Shown here: positions 47,501-54,816 of the stretch, one piece after another
Numbering within the stretch: the first letter of the stretch is position 1
How the letters are laid out: every line of letters starts with the position of its first letter
NCBI GenBank assembly: GCA_026395995.1
Contig: JAPLXQ010000004.1
Location: forward strand, 1 to 63,608
Direction of reading: 5' to 3'
Length of the DNA: 63,608 bases
From: Candidatus Nomurabacteria bacterium
GTDB taxonomy: Bacteria; Patescibacteriota; Minisyncoccia; Phycocordibacterales; UBA9973
Translations under genes and position numbers: made by a program
Notes under the pieces: generated by a model
What the model saw: the letters and a program-made list of their open reading frames with translations, nothing else
Told to the model about the DNA's origin: nothing
The model's database searches: none

Positions 47501-47698
47501 ACCACCAAGAAAAATCAACCAATGGCCTTTATTCGTATTGCTGATTTTTCTGGATCTATCGAAGCTGTAGTTTTCCCAAAACTTTATAAAGATGTCGCTG
47601 AAATAATCAAAGCTGAAAAATGCGTCGCCCTCACCGCCAAAGTCTCCATCCGTAATGACGAAAAAACCCTCGCTATCGAAGGAATAAAAGAAATATAA
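44519..47698 (+). CDS. dnaE: DNA polymerase III alpha subunit
   Basis: 1059 aa with a PHP domain (FIHLHTHSHYSLLDG), palm/fingers motifs (PDIDMDY, GLPKFDFLG) and an OB-fold C-terminus. Confidence 0.95.
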   Translation: MSSKFIHLHTHSHYSLLDGLSKVEDMVRIAKEHDMPAMAITDHGNMYGAIEFYKECKKEGIKPIIGCEVYVAERKMTDKEAGIDNKRYHLILLAKNLKGYKNLMRIVSIANLEGYYYKPRVDEEMLKTYSEGIIALSGCMGGKLSKAILADNMEKAEAIVKEHQDVFGKENYFIEIQAHPHIERDAELRAKLIALGKKFDIPVVATQDSHYPCKDDHKAHHTLLQVNTGADVKDSSKFEFPDDDFSLIDEKTAKEYFKDAPGTVENTSIVADMCEDYEIELGKAYFPEFKIEGDRDPNEVLKEQAYAGFEFRKLPQNKDYTDRLEYELGIIKQKGYPTYFLVVGDLLRYARENEILTNIRGSVAGSLTTYLIGITNVDPLVYKLPFERFLNPERPSLPDIDMDYADNRRDEMIEYTKQKYGADRVAQIGTFGTMMAKGSVRDVARALGYEYAIGDRISNMIPMGSQGMPMTIKHAMEIVPELEKAYKKEAITKEIIDLAKKMEGCVRHVSVHAAGIVIAPKPLYEFTPVQFDPKDGNNIITQYDMYQIEDVGLPKFDFLGIRNLSILADAVKIVKKIHNIDVDLDNVDIADKKTFEMLARGETMGLFQLNGGGMTAYLKQLKPTTIHDINAMVALYRPGPIQFIPMYIERKHNPRLVKYMDPALEPILKQTYGVLVYQDDLLLISIHIAGYSWGEADKFRKAVGKKIPAEMAKQKDHFIIGCVEHSKWPLKKAQELWNQIEPFAAYGFNKAHSASYGRVAYQTAYMKANFPVEYMCAILTAESGDVEKIAEITHECEQMKIKVLPPNINESFKGFTCIDSNTIRFGLYTIKNFGSDIGDAIIAERKKNGKFKNITDFLDRVKHKNVNKKSMEALIKTGAMDEFNERGTLLFNLENMLEYNKESGKQSADQGSLFGGISAETLPSFKLKPAEDAAPATKLIWEKELLGLYISGHPLDRLREKLEKREINIKRIKENLTNGYPVTIAGIIETVRNVTTKKNQPMAFIRIADFSGSIEAVVFPKLYKDVAEIIKAEKCVALTAKVSIRNDEKTLAIEGIKEI

Positions 47699-47704
47699 AA
47701 ATAA

Positions 47705-47741
47705 AAACCCCTTGATCTTTTTTATAAATCAAAGGGTTTTA
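47705..47741. terminator. Bidirectional terminator between dnaE and a convergent gene
   Basis: aaaccccttgat ... atcaaagggttt with one mismatch, and T-runs on both strands. Confidence 0.6.
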
Positions 47742-47749
47742 GTACAAAA

Positions 47750-48106
47750 TTACTGTAATGCTTTCACTAAATCTTCTATTCTAGTTTCAAAATGGCTTTC
47801 AATATTTATACCGAAATTAACCTGCTTAAAACTAACATATTCTAATTGAAAGGCAATTGTATTTGAATTACCAATAGGCTGAAAACCATATTCTCCAGGA
47901 CCCGTTATCTTTATTAAAATATCTTTCTCAAGACAAACTGGTGCGTTAACAGAATGATGACTCTCTGGTACTAAAACAATAGTAGCCTTTAATCTGTTTT
48001 TTAATTTTTGAAATTCTTTTTTTTCTAAAAGAGTAGTTAGACTAAAACCAAGCTTCTCCTTAAAATATAAATCTAAAGATTCAGGAATTTTTTCTATTGT
48101 TTGCAT
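47750..48106 (-). CDS. Hypothetical protein
   Basis: 118-aa ORF with no recognisable motif. Confidence 0.35.
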   Translation of the reverse strand: MQTIEKIPESLDLYFKEKLGFSLTTLLEKKEFQKLKNRLKATIVLVPESHHSVNAPVCLEKDILIKITGPGEYGFQPIGNSNTIAFQLEYVSFKQVNFGINIESHFETRIEDLVKALQ

Positions 48107-48211
48107 TTTTAAATAACTTTAAATTAAGTTTCTTCTAACTAAAAGTTACCATTTAGCTTTAAATTTGTCAAACAAAATGTAATGGTTCAATACATTTTAA
48201 AGGTAGTTCCT

Positions 48212-48237
48212 CATTTTTGGACGGCCGTCTAAAAATG
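48212..48237. repeat. 26-nt palindrome (GACGGCCGTC core), copy 1
   Basis: catttttggacggccgtctaaaaatg, a palindrome with one G/T position. Confidence 0.85.
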
Positions 48238-48267
48238 TAGTCTTTTTATTTTTTGTTTTTAACAAGA

Positions 48268-48762
48268 TTATTTAATATTAACTTTAGATAATTTATATAC
48301 TTTTACACAATCACTCAAACCAAAAGCTTTCATTCTTTCTAGGAATTCTTTTGGAATTGGACCATCCCCTATCCAAACACTTTGTTGAATCATTTTAAAA
48401 TCCCAAAGTTTTAATTGAACACGGAGTCAATTTCTTATTTTTCTTTTACTTTCTGGAATATCAAAAAGTACCATAATTTGAGTTTCACCCGTTGGTCTTG
48501 ATTTAAGATTTGAAAATACATTATAAGATTTTAATTTTTTTTTATTAAAAAAGATATTTTGTTTATTAAAATCAATAAAACCACCATTCTTTAATCTATA
48601 TAAGTTACTACTAAAAGTTTTATTATCTAATTTTCTTTTTTCTTTTATTGATTGAAAAAGTATCTTCTTTTGCATTTTTTTGGATCTACAAGAAAATAAG
48701 TAACTTACAATAATATCTCCAAATGAAGCTTGATCTTCCCAATTTATACAAATTCTATTCAT
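48268..48762 (-). pseudogene. wHTH plus Cas2-like/PaaX-C-like domain gene interrupted by a single in-frame TGA (48427-48429)
   Basis: The 111-aa ORF ends ...IMVLFDIPESKRKIRN-TGA. The same frame continues for 52 more codons, LRVQLKLWDFKMIQQSVWIGDGPIP...KVNIK-TAA, completing the DIPE...R..L...F..QQSVW pattern of this family. Confidence 0.55.
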
Positions 48763-48775
48763 ATTAAAAGTATAG

Positions 48776-48801
48776 CATATTTAGACGGCCGTCTAAATAT
48801 G
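48776..48801. repeat. Perfect 26-nt palindrome (GACGGCCGTC core), copy 2, overlapping the promoter of the interrupted gene
   Basis: catatttagacggccgtctaaatatg. The minus-strand -10 TATACT lies 7 nt upstream of the ATG, and the -35-like TTTAGA lies inside the palindrome. Confidence 0.85.
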
Positions 48802-48884
48802 CGGAATAGTTAAGATAAAAACCTTAGCTGTCGAAGGTATAAAGGAAATATAAAAACAAAAATCACCCTTTTGACGGGGTGATT

Positions 48885-49499
48885 TTATGCTGTAATGTCT
48901 GGAGTTGCGACTGGAGTGTTTACATCCTCCGGGCCGATCATATCCATGATCTTGATAACTTGCTCGGGGTATTTTTTAATAACATCGTTATATTTTCTTA
49001 AAATTTGGTAGGTAGTCTTTCCATCATAATATTGATCAGTAGCATCATCATTACCTCCGAGGTGACGAGCAACAGTTTCAATTGCTTGTTCATCAGAATC
49101 AAAAGCAATATGACAAGAACCCCAACCAAAGAAGCTATGATCAACACGTTTACAAGCTTGTAAACCAGCATTAGACTCACGAGTAGCTATCGCAGGTAAA
49201 AGACGCCAATCAAGGCCATTCTTATCTGCTTCAATAGCCATCTTCATACCAAGCCCAGCAAGTGGTGCATCTCTTTTTGTAAAGAAAGCATCAATAGCAT
49301 CAGCTTCAAGTTTTAAGGTCTTAGTCTTATCATCAGTAGCTTGGTTAAGAGCTAATAGTGACTCGACTCCATTATTCATTTTTTGGACCAATATACTTTG
49401 TGGACTTTCTACCTTAGGAGTCACCATAGAAGGAGTAACTGCTGTCATTGGTAGAAGTACCAAACCGAATGCAAAGCGTATTAGATTATTATGTTTCAT
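48885..49499 (-). CDS. Secreted hypothetical protein (possible cell-wall-active enzyme)
   Basis: The start is taken at MKHNNLIRFAFGLVLLPMTAV (signal-like). The segment LLPAIATRESNAGLQAC is faintly lytic-transglycosylase-like, which is a weak assignment. Confidence 0.4.
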   Translation of the reverse strand: MKHNNLIRFAFGLVLLPMTAVTPSMVTPKVESPQSILVQKMNNGVESLLALNQATDDKTKTLKLEADAIDAFFTKRDAPLAGLGMKMAIEADKNGLDWRLLPAIATRESNAGLQACKRVDHSFFGWGSCHIAFDSDEQAIETVARHLGGNDDATDQYYDGKTTYQILRKYNDVIKKYPEQVIKIMDMIGPEDVNTPVATPDITA

Positions 49500-49689
49500 A
49501 TTCAAGCGGTTGTGCTCCGCAAAACCCGTATCAATCAAAAAGTCCTTATTAATTAGGGTTACACCCTATAACAAGGACATACCTATATACTAGCATATTG
49601 GGTTTAAAAAGTCAATGGTTATGCAACACTTTTATAGTCTGTCAAACACAAAATATCCTTATAAATAAGGATATTTTCACTGTTCCTAT

Positions 49690-49720
49690 TTGACAAAATA
49701 GCTTAAAATATGGCTAATAT
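49690..49720 (+). promoter_or_regulatory. Promoter-like element upstream of an orphan leader
   Basis: TTGACA (49690-49695), then TAATAT (49715-49720) after a long 19-nt spacer. Confidence 0.3.
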
Positions 49721-49772
49721 TAGGTCTGGGGATAAAGATTTGACAGGTTTTGTCTTTTGAATACTTTCCTAA

Positions 49773-49806
49773 CCCGGCCAAGGTTCAACCTTGGCCGGGC
49801 TTTTTA
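49773..49806 (+). terminator. Strong plus-strand intrinsic terminator 73 nt upstream of the AAA_28-CYTH gene (candidate attenuator or sRNA end)
   Basis: 12-bp stem cccggccaaggt / accttggccggg with loop tca, followed by cTTTTT. There is no plus-strand CDS upstream for more than 2 kb. Confidence 0.6.
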
Positions 49807-49878
49807 CCAAAAATTGACCCAGCTACCGATATATGATACTTTTAGGTTAGATATAAACTTAATTCTTTAACAAAAAAA

Positions 49879-51027
49879 ATGGAAACTGATAACAATATCA
49901 AAAAATTAGGACTAGAAGGTGGTCCATGCTCTGGAAAAACGACAGGATTATATGTCGCATCTGAGAAATTAGTTAAATTAGGATTTTTACCAGTGATTGT
50001 ACCTGAAGCAGCAACAATGCTTCTTAAAAACGGTATCACTTATAAAAACCTCGGATCAGTTGAGTTTCAAAGGGCGATAGTAAAAATGCAACTTCAAAAT
50101 GAAGAATTCTACAAAGAATATGCAATTAAAAGTGCTCAGAAACTAAACCTTAAACCAATTCTTTTAAACGATAGAGCCTTATTAACTGGAGCTGCATATC
50201 TAACAGAAAATTCAGACACTCAGCACTTTCAAAAAGAAATTTTAAACGATTTCAATTTAAGTATTGAAGATGCTAGAGTTCGTTATGATGGAATAATTCA
50301 CATGGTCACAGCAGCAAATGGAGCTGAAGAATTCTATACTCTTGAGAATAATGAAGCTCGAAGTGAAACACCGCAAGAAGCACGAGATTTAGATTTAAGG
50401 ACTCAAAATGTTTGGGTTGGACATCCGCATTTGCGAGTAATACCAAATATAGACAAAAATGGTAATCGAATTACTTTTGAACAAAAAATAGATAAAGTTC
50501 TCGCAGAAATACTTTGCATACTTGGATATCCAGTTCCTATTGAAATTGAAGAAAGATATTTAATTAAATCTTTCGATCCAAAACATTTAATTGATTTAGG
50601 GATTAGATGTGAAGCTACTGATATAGAGCAAACATATCTATTGAGTGGTAATGAATCTACCGTAGAAAGAGTAAGGAAAAGGACTTATTATGAGTCGAGT
50701 TCCTACTTTCATACAACAAAAATTGATTATCCAGAAAAAGGTGGAAGAATAGAGAAAGATTTTGGAACACTCAAGTCAGAATTTCTTTCTTCTTTAACAA
50801 GAAGAGATCCAACAAGACACACGATTTACAAAAAACGTCACTGTTTTTTATGGAAATATCAATATTTTGAAGTTGATGTTTTTGCAAAAAGAAATGATGG
50901 CACCATCATTATGGAAAGAGAAAAAACTGACCTAAATGAATCAACAGAGCTACCAAATTTTATTGATGTAATAGAGGATATTACAAATAATCCTAAATAT
51001 AGCAATTCAAATTTAGCTCTAAATTAA
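49879..51027 (+). CDS. AAA_28-type P-loop NTPase fused to a CYTH (triphosphate tunnel) domain
   Basis: Walker A LEGGPCSGKTT, an NadR-kinase-like N-half, and a C-half that opens with EIEERYLI (ExExK-like CYTH start). Confidence 0.65.
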   Translation: METDNNIKKLGLEGGPCSGKTTGLYVASEKLVKLGFLPVIVPEAATMLLKNGITYKNLGSVEFQRAIVKMQLQNEEFYKEYAIKSAQKLNLKPILLNDRALLTGAAYLTENSDTQHFQKEILNDFNLSIEDARVRYDGIIHMVTAANGAEEFYTLENNEARSETPQEARDLDLRTQNVWVGHPHLRVIPNIDKNGNRITFEQKIDKVLAEILCILGYPVPIEIEERYLIKSFDPKHLIDLGIRCEATDIEQTYLLSGNESTVERVRKRTYYESSSYFHTTKIDYPEKGGRIEKDFGTLKSEFLSSLTRRDPTRHTIYKKRHCFLWKYQYFEVDVFAKRNDGTIIMEREKTDLNESTELPNFIDVIEDITNNPKYSNSNLALN

Positions 51028-51030
51028 CAA

Positions 51031-51066
51031 ATCCCCGACTGCTACAATAGCATCGGGGATTTTATT
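51031..51066 (+). terminator. Intrinsic terminator
   Basis: atccccgactgc ... gcatcggggat followed by TTTATT. Confidence 0.65.
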
Positions 51067-51094
51067 ATTCTACCACTAGCTAGGACAGTCCTAG

Positions 51095-51652
51095 CTAGTA
51101 TTTAAAAACCTTATAAGTATACTCTGGTAGTAAAACTTCCTCCAAATCTGGACCAATACTCTCAAATTTTCCAGCATATTTCTCTTTATAATGAGGGATT
51201 ATCTTAATTGGCAAGATACCAAGCCCTTCTAGGACTTTATCTGTGCTAGGAGTATAAAAGAAAGTACACATAACATTTGCCCCAGCTGAATCCCCTGCGA
51301 CAATTTTTCCTTTTAATAAGTCTTTTAAGTTTGGATACTTTTTAAGCACTTCAAGTAGTTTTAAACTTGAACCTCCTTGAAAATACACAACATCTGCAGA
51401 TTCTAATTGTAGTATAAAATTTTCTTGACTAGCTACTTCATACTTAATATTCTTTTGCCATTTTTGAGCATTTAATTCATTTTTAACTCTTTCTGTAGTC
51501 GGTATTATTCTATCGACTTCTTTTGAAAAAGGCACAATTAAAACCATTCCATTTTCAGGAGTTTCTTTCATTATTTCTAGAGAAAAATCTGGATTACCAT
51601 TGTCTGTCTGCTCCGGATCAAATCCTCCATATAAAATAAATTTTGTTTGCAT
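51095..51652 (-). CDS. Peptidase S51 / class I glutamine-amidotransferase-like protein
   Basis: 185 aa with VVYFQGGSSLKLL ... IVAGDSAGANVM (nucleophile Ser elbow). Confidence 0.65.
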   Translation of the reverse strand: MQTKFILYGGFDPEQTDNGNPDFSLEIMKETPENGMVLIVPFSKEVDRIIPTTERVKNELNAQKWQKNIKYEVASQENFILQLESADVVYFQGGSSLKLLEVLKKYPNLKDLLKGKIVAGDSAGANVMCTFFYTPSTDKVLEGLGILPIKIIPHYKEKYAGKFESIGPDLEEVLLPEYTYKVFKY

Positions 51653-51667
51653 GGCTAGTATTTTAAA

Positions 51668-54145
51668 CTATTGTCCGTGGCAATGTTTGTATTTTACTGG
51701 AGTGCCGTCTTCTTTTACTTTTCCACAAGGGCAAGGGTCATTACGGCCAACTTCGCTAGTATCTGAAAAATCATTTTGTTCTGTTTTATTTTCAATAAAA
51801 ATAGGTTTTACTTCTTCTTCGACATTTTGTATATTTTGAACATTTTCAACATTCATATTTTCAATCATCGAAAGAACTTGATCCTTGAAAGAGAATTCCA
51901 TTTCACGGAACATTTTCAAACCTTCTTTTTTATATTCGACGATTGGTTCACGCTGACCATAAGCACGAAGGTTCACAGAACTACGCAAATAATCCATCGC
52001 TTCGATATGCTCCATCCAAAGTGCATCTGTAGTATACAAAGCAATACGGCGAACAGTCTCATAGAAATTATCTTCCCCAACTTTAGATATTTTGTCAGCA
52101 ATTATTTTTTCAGCACCTTCAAGACCAGTAGAAATATCATTTAAAATATTTTTAACCTCTTCTTTATCAGAAAAAAGCATTTTTTGGCGGCGAGCATAGA
52201 TAGTCTGACGTTGACGATTCATCACATCATCATATTCGAGTGTATTTTTTCGAGAATCAAAGTGAAATCCTTCAATTTTAGCTTGAGCACCTTCGAGGGT
52301 ACGAGAAATAAATTTATTTTCAATTGGTTGATCTTCAGGAATACCAAAACGCCCCATCATTGTCTTGATTCTTTCCGCTCCGAAGACACGCATCAAATCA
52401 TCTTCAAGTGAGACAAAAAATTGTGTGGCTCCTGGGTCACCTTGTCTACCGGAACGTCCACGAAGCTGATTGTCGATACGACGTGCTTCATGTCTTTCTG
52501 TACCGAGGACAAAGAGTCCGCCGACACTTTTTACTTTTTCATATTCTTCATGTGTCGCAGGATTACCTCCGAGCTTGATATCGATACCACGGCCAGCCAT
52601 GTTTGTAGCGATAGTCACCGCACCGAGGCGTCCAGCTTGAGCGATAATCTCTCCTTCTTTTTCATGATTCTTCGCATTCAAAATAGTATGTTGCACCCCT
52701 TCTTGTTTCAAATAAACAGAAAGTAATTCATTTTTCTCAATAGAAATAGTACCGATAAGTACCGGTGTACCTATGACATTCAATTCTTTTATCTTTCTAG
52801 CAATCGCTTGAAACTTGCCTTTTTCTGTCTGAAAAATTACATCAGAATGATCAATACGTACCACAGAACGATGAGTAGGAATGATAATGACATCGATACC
52901 ATATACTTTCAAAAATTCTTCAGCTGAAGTATCGGCTGTTCCTGTCATACCGGAAAGCTTTTCATAAAATCTAAAATAATTTTGGAATGTAATCGATCCA
53001 GATGAACGAGTCTCTTTTTCAATTTTCACTCCTTCTTTAGCTTCAATGGCTTGGTGTATACCTTCACTCCATCTTCGTCCTGGCTGAAGTCTACCTGTAA
53101 ATGGATCGACAATTATGACCTCACCTTCTTTGATGACATAATCTTTATCATTTTCAAAAATGGCCATAGCTTTGACGGCTGTCTCTAAATGGTGAACATA
53201 TTTAATTCCTTTTTCGGTATAAATATTATCAATTCCGAGAGCTGTTTCAGCTTTTGTAATACCAGCGTCAGTCAGCTGAATAGCTTTCAATTTTTCATCA
53301 ACAGTAAAATCTTCATCTCTTTTCATTGTGCGAGCAATAGCTGCAAATTGCATATAAAAATCTTCAGAGTCTCCAGATGGAGAAGAAATAATGAGTGGTG
53401 TTCGAGCCTCATCTATTAAAATAGAATCGACTTCATCAACTACAGCAAAATAATGTCCACGTTGAGATAGCTGATCTTTTGAAGTAGCCAAGTTGTCACG
53501 CAAATAATCGAAACCATATTCATTGTTTGTACCATGAGTGATATCTGCTTCATAAGCTTGTCGACGTGAGCAAGGTTTTAAGAAATCATAAATAATTTTG
53601 TATTGTCCGACAGTGTCACGCTCAGGGTCTTCTTCTTTGTGAGTCGGATCATAGAGATAGGAAACATTTTGTGAATTAATAACTCCGACAGACAAACCTA
53701 AAAAATTATAAACTTGTCCCATGAGTACAGCATCACGACGAGAAAGATAATCATTCACAGTGACGACGTGCACACCCTTACCCATCAATGCATTTAAATA
53801 CACAGGAAGTGTGGCGACATTCGTCTTTCCCTCTCCTGTTTTCATTTCAGCAATTTTTCCAGAATTTAAAACCAAGCCTCCAATAAGCTGAACATCATAA
53901 TGTCTCTCATTCAAGCATCTTCTAGCGGCTTCACGTACCAAAGCAAAAGCCTCAGGTAAAAGATCATCTAATGTCTCACCTTTTATAAGTCTTTCTTTAA
54001 ATTCAGCTGTTTTCTTTGGAAAATCCTCATCTTTTAAAGATAAAACGGACTCTTCTAAAGAGTTTATTTTTACGACAATTTTATTAGCATCCTTGATAAA
54101 CTTGGAGCTAGCGTCACCAAATATATTTTTTAATCCAAAAGCCAT
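51668..54145 (-). CDS. secA: Preprotein translocase ATPase SecA
   Basis: 825 aa with MKTGEGKT, DEVDSILIDEARTPLIIS, TNMAGRGIDI and a C-terminal zinc finger CPCG...HCHG. Confidence 0.95.
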   Translation of the reverse strand: MAFGLKNIFGDASSKFIKDANKIVVKINSLEESVLSLKDEDFPKKTAEFKERLIKGETLDDLLPEAFALVREAARRCLNERHYDVQLIGGLVLNSGKIAEMKTGEGKTNVATLPVYLNALMGKGVHVVTVNDYLSRRDAVLMGQVYNFLGLSVGVINSQNVSYLYDPTHKEEDPERDTVGQYKIIYDFLKPCSRRQAYEADITHGTNNEYGFDYLRDNLATSKDQLSQRGHYFAVVDEVDSILIDEARTPLIISSPSGDSEDFYMQFAAIARTMKRDEDFTVDEKLKAIQLTDAGITKAETALGIDNIYTEKGIKYVHHLETAVKAMAIFENDKDYVIKEGEVIIVDPFTGRLQPGRRWSEGIHQAIEAKEGVKIEKETRSSGSITFQNYFRFYEKLSGMTGTADTSAEEFLKVYGIDVIIIPTHRSVVRIDHSDVIFQTEKGKFQAIARKIKELNVIGTPVLIGTISIEKNELLSVYLKQEGVQHTILNAKNHEKEGEIIAQAGRLGAVTIATNMAGRGIDIKLGGNPATHEEYEKVKSVGGLFVLGTERHEARRIDNQLRGRSGRQGDPGATQFFVSLEDDLMRVFGAERIKTMMGRFGIPEDQPIENKFISRTLEGAQAKIEGFHFDSRKNTLEYDDVMNRQRQTIYARRQKMLFSDKEEVKNILNDISTGLEGAEKIIADKISKVGEDNFYETVRRIALYTTDALWMEHIEAMDYLRSSVNLRAYGQREPIVEYKKEGLKMFREMEFSFKDQVLSMIENMNVENVQNIQNVEEEVKPIFIENKTEQNDFSDTSEVGRNDPCPCGKVKEDGTPVKYKHCHGQ

Positions 54146-54231
54146 AAGCTATATATTAACATAAAATGTTCATTTCGGCGAATATAAAAACAAAAAATCC
54201 CCCGACCTAAGCCGGAGGATTTTTTAGAAAA

Positions 54232-54306
54232 CTATGCTCGCTTCTTTGCTGTTTTCTTTGCTGCCTTCTTTGCTACTTTCTTTGTTGCTTTCTTTTTTGC
54301 TGCCAT
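54232..54306 (-). CDS. Possible 24-aa Lys/Ala-rich peptide
   Basis: Hand translation gives MAAKKKATKKVAKKAAKKTAKKRA, built from about 12-nt gcaaagaa repeats. A hairpin plus T-run follows at about 54198-54226. Confidence 0.3.
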   Translation of the reverse strand: MAAKKKATKKVAKKAAKKTAKKRA

Positions 54307-54539
54307 AAAATTATTTTGAAATTAAATTTTTAATTAGTTTCGTAATAAAACGACCTTAAGAAAAAATTTATAAATAAAAATTTTCTTAAAAAATAATTAC
54401 TACGAAGAACTACTTTAATTATCTCGCATAACAAATATTAATACAATACTTTTTTCACAAAACTGTGGATAACTTTTAAAAAATTAAAAAATAAAAAATA
54501 AAATAAATATTTAATAAAAACTTTTTTATTTTTTAGAGA

Positions 54540-54588
54540 CTTGGGAGCGCGACGGCGCGAGCACGAGGAATTTTTCAGCAGAAAAATA
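54540..54588. repeat. GC-rich repeat family B copy (intergenic)
   Basis: cttgggagcgcgacggcgcgagcacgaggaatttttcagcagaaaaata, homologous to 43480-43528. Confidence 0.75.
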
Positions 54589-54626
54589 TCCGTACTCTAA
54601 AAATGAAAAAGTTTTTAATTACAAAC

Positions 54627-54747
54627 AAAAAAATCGCTTTCATTTGAAGCGGGTCATGGCTAACCTCCAACATATGTGCCTATGTGAGTGCGATAACCCG
54701 CTACAGATAAAAACGATTCTGTATATAAATATACGATATTTACTTGT
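54627..54747 (-). ncRNA. Candidate ~120-nt small RNA
   Basis: A minus-strand extended -10 TGATATAAT (54754-54762) sits just after the UbiA terminator. The transcript would contain a GC-closed stem gcgggt...acccgc (about 54651-54703). A terminator cgctt-caaatga-aagcg plus U7 lies at 54627-54651. Confidence 0.3.
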
Positions 54748-54765
54748 ATTTAAATTATATCATAA

Positions 54766-54798
54766 AAATAAAAAACCCATAGCAATATCTGCTATGGG
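54766..54798 (-). terminator. Intrinsic terminator of the UbiA-family gene
   Basis: cccatagca-gatat-tgctatggg followed by a T-run on the minus strand. Confidence 0.7.
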
Positions 54799-54816
54799 CC
54801 CTTTAAACTAAAGGTT

